Part shown: positions 1 to 12,175 of the stretch, in pieces
Position numbering within the stretch: position 1 is the first letter of the stretch
Layout of the letters: the number at the start of each line of letters is the position of its first letter
Assembly: GCF_009914755.1 (NCBI RefSeq)
Contig: NC_060940.1
Reading direction: 5' to 3' (one strand)
Source of the DNA: the human T2T-CHM13v2.0 reference genome, Homo sapiens
Length of the DNA: 64,000 nt
Notes under the pieces: generated by a model
Seen by the model: only the letters and a program-made list of their open reading frames with translations
What the model was told of the DNA's origin: nothing
Database searches by the model: none
Program-made: the position numbers and the translations under genes

Positions 1-3000
1 ATTCCATGATGATTCTATTTGATTCAATTAGATGATGTTTCCATTCGAATCCATTCCATGATTATTCCATTGGAATCCATTCGGCGATGATTCCATATGA
101 GTCAATTCAATGATGATTCCATATGGGTCCGTTCGATGATAATTCCATTTGATTTCATTCGATGCTTCTATTCTATTCCAGTCGATGATGATTCCGTTGG
201 AGTCCATACGATGATTCCATTTGATTTCATTTGATGATGATTCCATTCGATGATGATTACATTGGATTCCATTCTATGATTCCATTCAATTCCATTCGTT
301 GATGATTCGATTCCATTCAATGATGATTCCATTTGAGTTCATTCGATGATTCTATTCGATTCCGTTCGATGGTGATTCAATTCTATTATATTGGATGATT
401 CCACTCGATTCCATTTGATGATTATTCCATTGGAGTCCACTTAGTGAATCCTTTAGATTCTACTCGACGATGATTCCATTCGAGTCCATTCGATGATACC
501 ATTCAATTCCATTCGTTGATGCTTCCATTCAAGTGCATTCGATGATATCATTCGATTCCATTTGATGATAATTCCATTTGATTCCATGCGATGATTCTAT
601 TCGATTCCATTCAATGATAATTCCATTCAATTCAGTGATTCCTCTGGACTCCATTTGATGATGATTCCATTCAATGATTCCATTCGATTCTATTCGAAAA
701 TGATTCCATTTGAATCCATTTGATGATGATTCCATTAGATTCCATTTGATGATTCCATTCGATTCCATTCGACGATGATTCCATTCGATTCCGTTTGATG
801 ATTCCATTCTATTCTATTCGATGATGATTCCATTCGATCCCATTCGATGATGATTGGATTCGATTCCATTTGATGATTTCATTTGATTCCATTCGTTAAT
901 GATTTCGATCAATTCCATTCGATGATTCCATTCGATTCCATTCGATAATGATTACATCCGAGTCCATTCGATGATTCCCTTTGAGCCTGTTCGATAATTC
1001 CATTTGAGTCCAACCAATGATTCCATTCATTTCCATTCAATGATTCCATTCGAGTCCATTTGATCATTCCGGTAGGGTCCATTCGATGTTGATTCCATTG
1101 GAGTGCATTCGATGATTCCATTCGAGTCCATTTTAGGATTTGATTCGAGTCCTTTCGATGATTCCATTCGATTCCACTCGATGATGATTTCATTCGGGTC
1201 CATTCGACACTTCCAATCGATTCCATTTGATGATTCCATTCGAGTCCAATTGATGATTCCATACAATTCCATTCGATGATGATTCCGTACGATTCCATTC
1301 TGTGATGATTCCATGTGATTGCATTCAATGATGATTCCTTTCGATTGCATTCGATTATGATTCATTTCGTGTTCATTCTATGGTTCCACAGGTTTCCATT
1401 CGTGTCCATTCCATTATTCCATTCTATTCCATTTGATGATGATTCCATTCGATTCCATTCATTGGTGATTCCACTCAATTCCATTCAATGATTCCATTCC
1501 ATTTCTTTCAACAATGATTCCATTAGTTTCTAATCGATGATCCACTTGATTCCATTTGACGACGATTCCATTCTTGTCCATTCGATGATTCCATTTGATT
1601 CCATATGATGATGATTCCATTCGATTCCATACCATGATGATTCCATTCGAGTCCATTCAATGGTGATTCCATTCAATTCCATTCGATGATTCCTTTTGAT
1701 TCCATTCGATGATGATGGCATTCGATTCCTTTCAATCATTCCCTTTGATTCCATTCAAAGGTGATTTCATTCAAGTCCATTCGATAATTGCATTCGATTC
1801 CATTCTATGATGATTCCATTCGAGTCCATTTGATGATTCCATTCAATTCAAGTCAATGATGATTCCATTCGATTCCATTCGATGATTCCATTGGATTCCA
1901 TTCGATGATGATTCCATTCAAATCCATTCGATAATTCAATTCAAGTCCATTCGATGATGATTCCAATCGAATCCATTCAAAGATTCCATTCAGTTCCATT
2001 CGAAGATTCCCTTAGATTCCATTCGATGATTCCACTTGATTCCATTTACGATGATTCCATTCGATTCCATGTGATGATTCCATTCAATTCTATTCAATGA
2101 TGTCTCCATTTGATTCCATTCGACCATGATTGCCTTTGATTCCATTCAATGATTCCATTCGGTTCCGTTTGATGATGATTCCGTTCGATTCCATTTGATG
2201 ATTCCATTTGATTCCATTGGATGAGTCCATTCGATTACATTCGATGATTATTCCATTCGAGTGCATTAGATGATTCCATTCGAGTCCATTCGATGATTCC
2301 ATTCGATTCCATTCGATGTTGATTCTGTTCAAATCCATTCGATGATTCCACTCGATTCCATTCGTTGACTCCATTTGATCCCATTCGATGATTTCCTTTG
2401 ATTCCCTTTGATGATCATTCCATTTGATTCAATTCGGTGATTTCATTTGATTCCATTCAGTGATGTTTCCATTCGACTCCATTCGATGATGATTCCATTC
2501 GACTCCATTCGATTATGATTTCATTCAATTCCATTCGATAATGATTCCCTTCGAGTCCATTCGATGATTCCATTCGATTCCATTCAACGATGATTTGATT
2601 CGTGTCCATTCGATGATTCCATTTGATTCCACTTGATGATGATTCCATTCGAGTCCATTTGATGATTCCATTCAATTCCATACTCCGATGATTTCTTTTG
2701 AGCCCACTCAATGCTTCCACTCGATTCCATATGATGATGACTCCATTCGATGAAATTCGATGATGATTCCATTCGCTTGCTTTCGATGATGATTCCACTT
2801 GAGTCCGTTAGAAGATTCTATTCAATTACATTCCATGACGATTCCGTTCGAGTCCATTTGATGATTCCATTAGACTCCATTCGACGATGATTCCATTCGA
2901 TGTTATTCGATGATTCCATTCGATCTCATTCGATGATGATTCCATTCAACTCCATTCGATGTTTCCATTCGAGTTCATTCTATTATTCCATTAGATTCCA

Positions 3001-6000
3001 TTCGATGATGATTCCATTCGATTCCATTTGATGATTACATTCTATTTCATTTGATGATGATTCCATTCGAGTCCACTCGATGATTCCATTCGAGTCCATT
3101 TAATGAATCCATTGGTTTCAATTCTATGATGATTACATTGGATTCCATTCGTTGATGATTTCATTCGGTTCCATTCAATGATGATTCCATTCAATTCCTT
3201 TCAATGTTTCCATTCAATTCCATACGATGATGATTCCATTTGATTTGATTCGACAGTGAGCCATTCGATTCAATTCCATGACGATTCTATTTGATTCAAT
3301 TGGTTGACATTTCCATTCGATTCCATTCGATGATGATTCCCTTTGATTCCGTTCAAAGATGATTCCATTCTAGCCCATTCAATCATTCCATTCGATTCTA
3401 TTCAATGATGATTCCATTCATGTCGATTTGGTGATTCCATTTGACTTCATTTGATGATGATTCCTTTCAAGTTCATTAGATGATTCCATTCGATTCCATT
3501 TGATGATGATCCCATTCGAGTCCATTCAGTGATTCCATTCGTTTCCATTCCATGATGATTCCATTCCTTTCCATTCAATGATTCCATTCGATTCCGTTTG
3601 ATGATGATTTCATTCGAGTCCATTTGATGATTCCATTTGATTCCATTCGATGATGATTCCATTCGAGTCCATTCGATGATTCTATTCGAATCCATTTGAT
3701 GATTTCTTTTGATTATATTTGGTGATGATTCCATTGGAGTCCATTCAATGATTCCATTCTATTCCAATCGATGATGATTCCATTAGAGTCCATTTAATGA
3801 TTCCATTTGATTCCAGTCTCTGATGATTACATTCGAGTCCATACGATGATTCCACTCAATTCCATATGATGATGATTCCATTTGATTCCATTCGGTGATT
3901 CCGTTCTATTCTATTCAATGGTGATTCCATTCGAGTACATTAGATGATTCCATTCGATTCCATTCAATGATGATTCTATTTGTGTCCCTTAGATGATTCC
4001 ACATGATTCCATTAGATGATGATACTATTTGAGCCCATCCAATGATTCCCTTCGATTCCATTCGATGAGGATTCCATTCGATTCAATTCATTGGTGATTC
4101 TATTCAATTCAATTCTTTGATTCCATTCCATTCCATTCGACAATGATTCCATTCGATTTCTTTCGATGATTCCACTCGATTCCACTTGACATTGATTCCA
4201 TTCGATTCCATTCAATGATTCCATTTGATTCCAGTGGATGATGATTGCCATCGATTCCATTCGATCACTCCATTCTATTCCATTTGATGATGATTACATT
4301 CGATTCCATTTGATGATTCCATCTGATTCTATTCGAGGATTCCATTTGATTCCATTCGATGATGATTCCATTCGAGTCCATTCGATGATTTCATTCGAGT
4401 ACATCCAATGATTCCATTCGAGTCCATTAGATGATTCCATTTGATTCCATTTGAAAATGATTCTACTAGAGTCCATTCAATGACTCCATTCGAGTCCATT
4501 CAACAATTCCATTCGACTCCATTCGATGATTCCATTCGATTCCATTTGATGGTTCCATTCGAGTCCATTTAATCATTACAGTCGAGTCCGTTTGGTGATT
4601 CCACTGGATTTCTTTTGATAATGATACCATTCAATTACATTTGATGATGATCCCATTCAATTTCATTTGATGATGATTCCATTAGAGTCCATTCGATGAT
4701 TTCATTCGAGTCCCTTCATTGATTCCATCCGATTTCATTGGATGATGACTCCATTCGAGTCCATTCGATGATTCCACTCGATTCCATTAGATGACTCCAT
4801 TGGAGTCCATTTGATTGTTCCATTCGATTCCATTCGATTCCTTTCGAAGATTATTCCATTTGAGTCCATTCGATGATGATTCCATTCCATTCCATTCGAT
4901 GATTCCGTTTGATTCCATTCGATGATTCCCTTCGATTCCTTTCTTTGATGATTCCATTCCATTCCATTCAATGATTCCATTCGAATCTATTCCATGATGA
5001 TTCCTTTCGATTCCATTCGCTGATGTTTCCGTTCAATTCCATTCGATGATGATTCCATTCGATTCCATTCATTGAGGATTCCATTTGATTCCATTCAATG
5101 ATGATTCCATTCTATTCCATTCAACGATTCCATTCAATACCATTCGATGATGATTCCTTTTGAGTCCATTCAATGATTTCATTCAAGTCCATTTGATGAT
5201 TCCTTTCAATTCCATTCTATGATGATTCCATTCGAGTCCATTCGATGATTCCATTCGATTGCATTCGATGATTCCATTATATTCCATTCAACGGTGATTC
5301 CATTCGAGTCCATTCCATGATTCCATTAGAGTACATTTAATGATTGCTTTGTTTTCAATTCGAAGATGATTACATTGGATTCCATTCTATGAAACCATTC
5401 GATTCCATTCAATGATGATTCCACTCAAATCCATTGGATGATTCCATTCGTGTCCATTCGGTGATTTCATTAGATTCCATTCGAGGATGATTCCATTCGA
5501 TTCCATTCGATGATTCCATTCAATTCCATTCGATGATGATTCCATTCCAGTCCATATGATCATTCCATTTGATTTCATTCGATGATGATTCCATTCGATT
5601 CGATTCGACGATTCCATTCTATTCCATTCGATGATGATTCCATTCGAGTCCATTCGATGATTCCATTCGAGTCCATTTAATGATTCCATTGGGTTCAATT
5701 CAATGATGATTACATTGGATTCCGTTCTATGATTCCATTCAATTCCGTTCATTGACAATTTGATTCCATTCGATGATGATTCCATTTGAGTTCATTCGAT
5801 GATTCTATTCGATTCTCTTCGATGGTGATTCAATTCTATTATATTGGATGATTCCATTCGATTCCATTTGATGTTGATTCAATTCGATTCTATTCGATGA
5901 TGATTCCATTGGATTTCACTTGATGATTCTATTCGATTCCATTCAATGATGATTCACTTCTCGTCCATTGGATGATTCCATTTCATTCCATTCGATGATG

Positions 6001-6063
6001 ATTCCATTCGATTCCATTCGATGATTCCATTTGATTCCATTCGACGGTGAGCAATTCGATTCA
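1..6063 (+). repeat. Long higher-order unit U1 (6063 bp; 49-bp deletion relative to 6112)
   Basis: The anchor ATTCCATGATGATTCTATTTGATTCAATTAG occurs at 1 and 6064. ORF anchors 529 and 6592 are 6063 apart. The unit phase is arbitrary (set to window start). Confidence 0.93.
20..30 (-). promoter_or_regulatory. Candidate DUX4 double-homeodomain site (TAATTGAATCA), one copy at this offset in all 13 units
   Basis: TGATTCAATTA at 20, 6083, 12195, 18307, 24419, 30531, 36643, 42755, 46091, 49427, 52773, 56119 and 62241. It matches the DUX4 consensus as I recall it (TAAYBBAATCA), and DUX4 is known to bind and activate HSATII. Motif match only. Confidence 0.4.
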
Positions 6064-9000
6064 ATTCCATGATGATTCTATTTGATTCAATTAGATGATG
6101 TTTCCATTCGAATCCATTCCATGATTATTCCATTGGAATCCATTCGGCGATGATTCCATATGAGTCAATTCAACGATGATTCCATATGGGTCCGTTCGAT
6201 GATAATTCCATTTGATTTCATTCGATGCTTCTATTCAATTCCAGTTGATGATGATTCCGTTGGAGTCCATACGATGATTCCATTTGATTTCATTTGATGA
6301 TGATTCCATTCGATGATGATTACATTGGATTCCATTCTATGATTCCATTCAATTCCATTCGTTGATGATTCGATTCCATTCAATGATGATTCCATTTGAG
6401 TTCATTCGATGATTCTATTCGATTCCGTTCGATGGTGATTCAATTCTATTATATTGGATGATTCCACTCGATTCCATTTGATGATTATTCCATTGGAGTC
6501 CACTTAGTGAATCCTTTAGATTCTACACGACGATGATTCCATTCGAGTCCATTCGATGATACCATTCAATTCCATTCGTTGATGCTTCCATTCAAGTGCA
6601 TTCGATGATATCATTCGATTCCATTTGATGATAATTCCATTTGATTCCATGCGATGATTCTATTCGATTCCATTCAATGATAATTCCATTCAATTCAGTG
6701 ATTCCTCTGGACTCCATTTGATGATGATTCCATTCAATGATTCCATTCGATTCTATTCGAAAATGATTCCATTTGAATCCATTTGATGATGATTCCATTA
6801 GATTCCATTTGATGATTCCATTCGATTCCATTCGACGATGATTCCATTCGATTCCGTTTGATGATTCCATTCTATTCTATTCGATGATTATTCCATTCGA
6901 TTCCATTCGATGATGATTGGATTCGATTCCATTTGATGATTTCATTTGATTCCATTCGTTAATGATTTCGATCAATTCCATTCGATGATTCCATTCGATT
7001 CCATTCGATAATGATTACATCCGAGTCCATTCGATGATTCCCTTTGAACCTGTTCGATAATTCCATTTGAGTCCAACCAATGATTCCATTCATTTCCATT
7101 CAATGATTCCATTCGAGTCCATTTGATCATTCCGGTAGGGTCCATTCGATGTTGATTCCATTGGAGTGCATTCGATGATTCCATTCGAGTCCATTTTAGG
7201 ATTTGATTCGAGTCCTTTCGATGATTCCATTCGATTCCACTCGATGATGATTTCATTCGAGTCCATTCGACACTTCCAATCGATTCCATTTGATGATTCC
7301 ATTCGAGTCCAATTGATGATTCCATTCAATTCCATTCGATGATGATTCCGTACGATTCCATTCTGTGATGATTCCATGTGATTGCATTCAATGATGATTC
7401 CTTTCGATTGCATTCGATTATGATTCATTTCGTGTTCATTCTATGGTTCCACAGGTTTCCATTCGTGTCCATTCCATTATTCCATTCTATTCCATTTGAT
7501 GATGATTCCATTCGATTCCATTCATTGGTGATTCCACTCAATTCCATTCAATGATTCCATTCCATTTCTTTCAACAATGATTCCATTAGTTTCTAATCGA
7601 TGATCCACTTGATTCCATTTGACGACGATTCCATTCTTGTCCATTCGATGATTCCATTTGATTCCATATGATGATGATTCCATTCGATTCCATACCATGA
7701 TGATTCCATTCGAGTCCATTCAATGGTGATTCCATTCAATTCCATTCGATGATTCCTTTCGATTCCATTCGATGATGATGGCATTCGATTCCTTTCAATC
7801 ATTCCCTTTGATTCCATTCCGAGGTGATTTCATTCAAGTCCATTCGATAATTGCATTCGATTCCATTCTATGATGATTCCATTCGAGTCCATTTGATGAT
7901 TCCATTCAATTCAAGTCAATGATGATTCCATTCGATTCCATTCGATGATTCCATTGGATTCCATTCGATGATGATTCCATTCAAATCCATTCGATAATTC
8001 AATTCAAGTCCATTCGATGATGATTCCAATCGAATCCATTCAAAGATTCCATTCAGTTCCATTCGATGATTCCCTTAGATTCCATTCGATGATTCCACTT
8101 GATTGCATTTACGATGATTCCATTCGATTCCATGTGATGATTCCATTCAATTCTATTCAGTGATGTCTCCATTTGATTCCATTCGACCATGATTGCCTTT
8201 GATTCCATTCAATGATTCCATTCGGTTCCGTTTGATGATGATTCCGTTCGATTCCATTTGATGATTCCATTTGATTCCATTGGATGAGTCCATTCGATTA
8301 CATTCGATGATTATTCCATTCGAGTGCATTAGATGATTCCATTCGAGTCCATTCGATGATTCCATTCGATTCCATTCGATGTTGATTCTGTTCAAATCCA
8401 TTCGATGATTCCACTCGATTCCATTCGTTGACTCCATTTGATCCCATTCGATGATTTCCTTTGATTCCCTTTGATGATCATTCCATTTGATTCAATTCGG
8501 TGATTTCATTTGATTCCATTCAGTGATGTTTCCATTCGACTCCATTCGATGATGATTCCATTCGACTCCATTCGATTATGATTTCATTCAATTCCATTCG
8601 ATAATGATTCCCTTCAAGTCCATTCGATGATTCCATTCGATTCCATTCAACGATGATTTGATTCGTGTCCGTTCGATGATTCCATTTGATTCCACTTGAT
8701 GATGATTCCATTCGAGTCCATTTGATGATTCCATTCAATTCCATACTCCGATGATTTCTTTTGAGCCCACTCAATGCTTCCACTCGATTCCATATGATGA
8801 TGACTCCATTCGATGAAATTCGATGATGATTCCATTCGCTTGCTTTCGATGATGATTCCACTTGAGTCCGTTAGAAGATTCTATTCAATTACATTCCATG
8901 ACGATTCCGTTCGAGTCCATTTGATGATTCCATTAGACTCCATTCGACGATGATTCCATTCGATGTTATTCGATGATTCCATTCGATCTCATTCGATGAT

Positions 9001-12000
9001 GATTCCATTCAACTCCATTCGATGTTTCCATTCGAGTTCATTCTATTATTCCATTAGATTCCATTCGATGATGATTCCATTCGATTCCATTTGATGATTG
9101 CATTCTATTTCATTTGATGATGATTCCATTCGAGTCCACTCGATGATTCCATTCGAGTCCATTTAATGAATCCATTGGTTTCAATTCTATGATGATTACA
9201 TTGGATTCCATTCGTTGATGATTTCATTCGGTTCCATTCAATGATGATTCCATTCAATTCCTTTCAATGTTTCCATTCAATTCCATACGATGATGATTCC
9301 ATTTGATTTGATTCGACAGTGAGCCATTCGATTCAATTCCATGATGATTCTATTTGATTCAATTGGTTGACATTTCCATTCGATTCCATTCGATGATGAT
9401 TCCCTTTGATTCCGTTCAAAGATGATTCCATTCTAGCCCATTCAATCATTCCATTCGATTCTATTCAATGATGATTCCATTCATGTCGATTTGGTGATTC
9501 CATTTGACTTCATTTGATGATGATTCCTTTCAAGTTCATTAGATGATTCCATTCGATTCCATTTGATGATGATCCCATTCGAGTCCATTCAGTGATTCCA
9601 TTCGTTTCCATTCCATGATGATTCCATTCCTTTCCATTCAATGATTCCATTCGATTCCGTTTGATGATGATTTCATTCGAGTCCATTTGATGATTCCATT
9701 TGATTCCATTCGATGATGATTCCATTCGAGTCCATTCGATGATTCTATTCGAATCCATTTGATGATTTCTTTTGATTATATTTGGTGATGATTCCATTGG
9801 AGTCCATTCAATGATTCCATTCTATTCCAATCGATGATGATTCCATTAGAGTCCAGTTAATGATTCCATTTGATTCCAGTCTCTGATGATTACATTCGAG
9901 TCCATACGATGATTCCACTCAATTCCATATGATGATGATTCCATTTGATTCCATTCGGTGATTCCATTCTATTCTATTCAATGGTGATTCCATTCGAGTA
10001 CATTAGATGATTCCATTCGATTCCATTCAATGATGATTCTATTTGTGTCCCTTAGATGATTCCACATGATTCCATTAGATGATGATACTATTTGAGCCCA
10101 TCCAATGATTCCCTTCGATTCCATTCGATGAGGATTCCATTCGATTCAATTCATTGGTGATTCTATTCAATTCAATTCTTTGATTCCATTCCATTCCATT
10201 CGACAATGATTCCATTCGATTTCTTTCGATGATTCCACTCGATTCCACTTGACATTGATTCCATTCGATTCCATTCAATGATTCCATTTGATTCCAGTGG
10301 ATGATGATTGCCATCGATTCCATTCGATCACTCCATTCTATTCCATTTGATGATGATTACATTCGATTCCATTTGATGATTCCATCTGATTCTATTCGAG
10401 GATTCCATTTGATTCCATTCGATGATGATTCCATTCGAGTCCATTCGATGATTTCATTCGAGTACATCCAATGATTCCATTCGAGTCCATTAGATGATTC
10501 CATTTGATTCCATTTGAAAATGATTCTACTAGAGTCCATTCAATGACTCCATTCGAGTCCATTCAACAATTCCATTCGACTCCATTCGATGATTCCATTC
10601 GATTCCATTTGATGGTTCCATTCGAGTCCATTTAATCATTACAGTCGAGTCCATTTGGTGATTCCACTGTTATTCTTTTGATAATGATACCATTCAATTA
10701 CATTTGATGATGATCCCATTCAATTTCATTTGATGATGATTCCATTAGAGTCCATTCGATGATTTCATTCGAGTCCCTTCATTGATTCCATCCGATTTCA
10801 TTGGATGATGACTCCATTCGAGTCCATTCGATGATTCCACTCGATTCCATTAGATGACTCCATTGGAGTCCATTTGATTGTTCCATTCGATTCCATTCGA
10901 TTCCTTTCGAAGATTATTCCATTTGAGTCCATTCGATGATGATTCCATTCCATTCCATTCGATGATTCCGTTTGATTCCATTCGATGATTCCCTTCGATT
11001 CCTTTCTTTGATGATTCCATTCCATTCCATTCAATGATTCCATTCGAATCTATTCCATGATGATTCCTTTCGATTCCATTCGCTGATGTTTCCGTTCAAT
11101 TCCATTCGATGATGATTCCATTCGATTCCATTCATTGAGGATTCCATTTGATTCCATTCAATGATGATTCCATTCTATTCCATTCAATGATTGCATTCAA
11201 TTCCATTCAATGATTATCCCCTTAGAGTAAACTCAACGATTCCATTCAATACCATTCGATGATGATTCCTTTTGAGTCCATTCAATGATTTCATTCAAGT
11301 CCATTTGATGATTCCTTTCAATTCCATTCTATGATGATTCCATTCGAGTCCATTCGATGATTCCATTCGATTGCATTCGATGATTCCATTATATTCCATT
11401 CAACGGTGATTCCATTCGAGTCCATTCCATGATTCCATTAGAGTACATTTAATGATTGCTTTGTTTTCAATTCGAAGATGATTACATTGGATTCCATTCT
11501 ATGATACCATTCGATTCCATTCAATGATGATTCCACTCAAATCCATTGGATGATTCCATTCGTGTCCATTCGGTGATTTCATTAGATTCCATTCGAGGAT
11601 GATTCCATTCGATTCCATTCGATGATTCCATTCAATTCCATTCTATGATGATTCCATTCCAGTCCATATGATCATTCCATTTGATTTCATTCGATGATGA
11701 TTCCATTCAATTCGATTCGACGATTCCATTCTATTCCATTCGATGATGATTCCATTCGAGTCCATTCGATGATTCCATTCGAGTCCATTTAATGATTCCA
11801 TTGGGTTCAATTCAATGATGATTACATTGGATTCCGTTCTATGATTCCATTCAATTCCGTTCATTGACAATTTGATTCCATTCGATGATGATTCCATTTG
11901 AGTTCATTCGATGATTCTATTCGATTCTCTTCGATGGTGATTCAATTCTATTATATTGGATGATTCCATTCGATTCCATTTGATGTTGATTCAATTCGAT

Positions 12001-12175
12001 TCTGTTCGATGATGATTCCATTGGATTTCACTTGATGATTCTATTCGATTCCATTCAATGATGATTCACTTCTCGTCCATTGGATGATTCCATTTCATTC
12101 CATTCGATGATGATTCCATTCGATTCCATTCGATGATTCCATTTGATTCCATGCGACGGTGAGCAATTCGATTCA
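6064..12175 (+). repeat. Long higher-order unit U2 (6112 bp)
   Basis: Anchor at 6064 and 12176; ORF anchors 6592 and 12704. Confidence 0.93.

Noticed and set aside
64-76. Inverted repeat ATTCCA-T-TGGAAT as an inversion remnant or functional hairpin
   Set aside because: It is only two substitutions from the consensus ATTCCATTCGATT, and a 6-bp stem with a 1-nt loop is negligible.
11211-11236. TGATTATCCCCTTAGAGTAAACTCAA (and GGTTCCACAGGTTTCC, TCCGGTAGGG) as foreign insertions
   Set aside because: It aligns without gaps to the 26-bp subunit TGATGATTCCATTCGAGTCCATTCAA with 7 substitutions. These are diverged monomers with no target-site duplications or transposon features.
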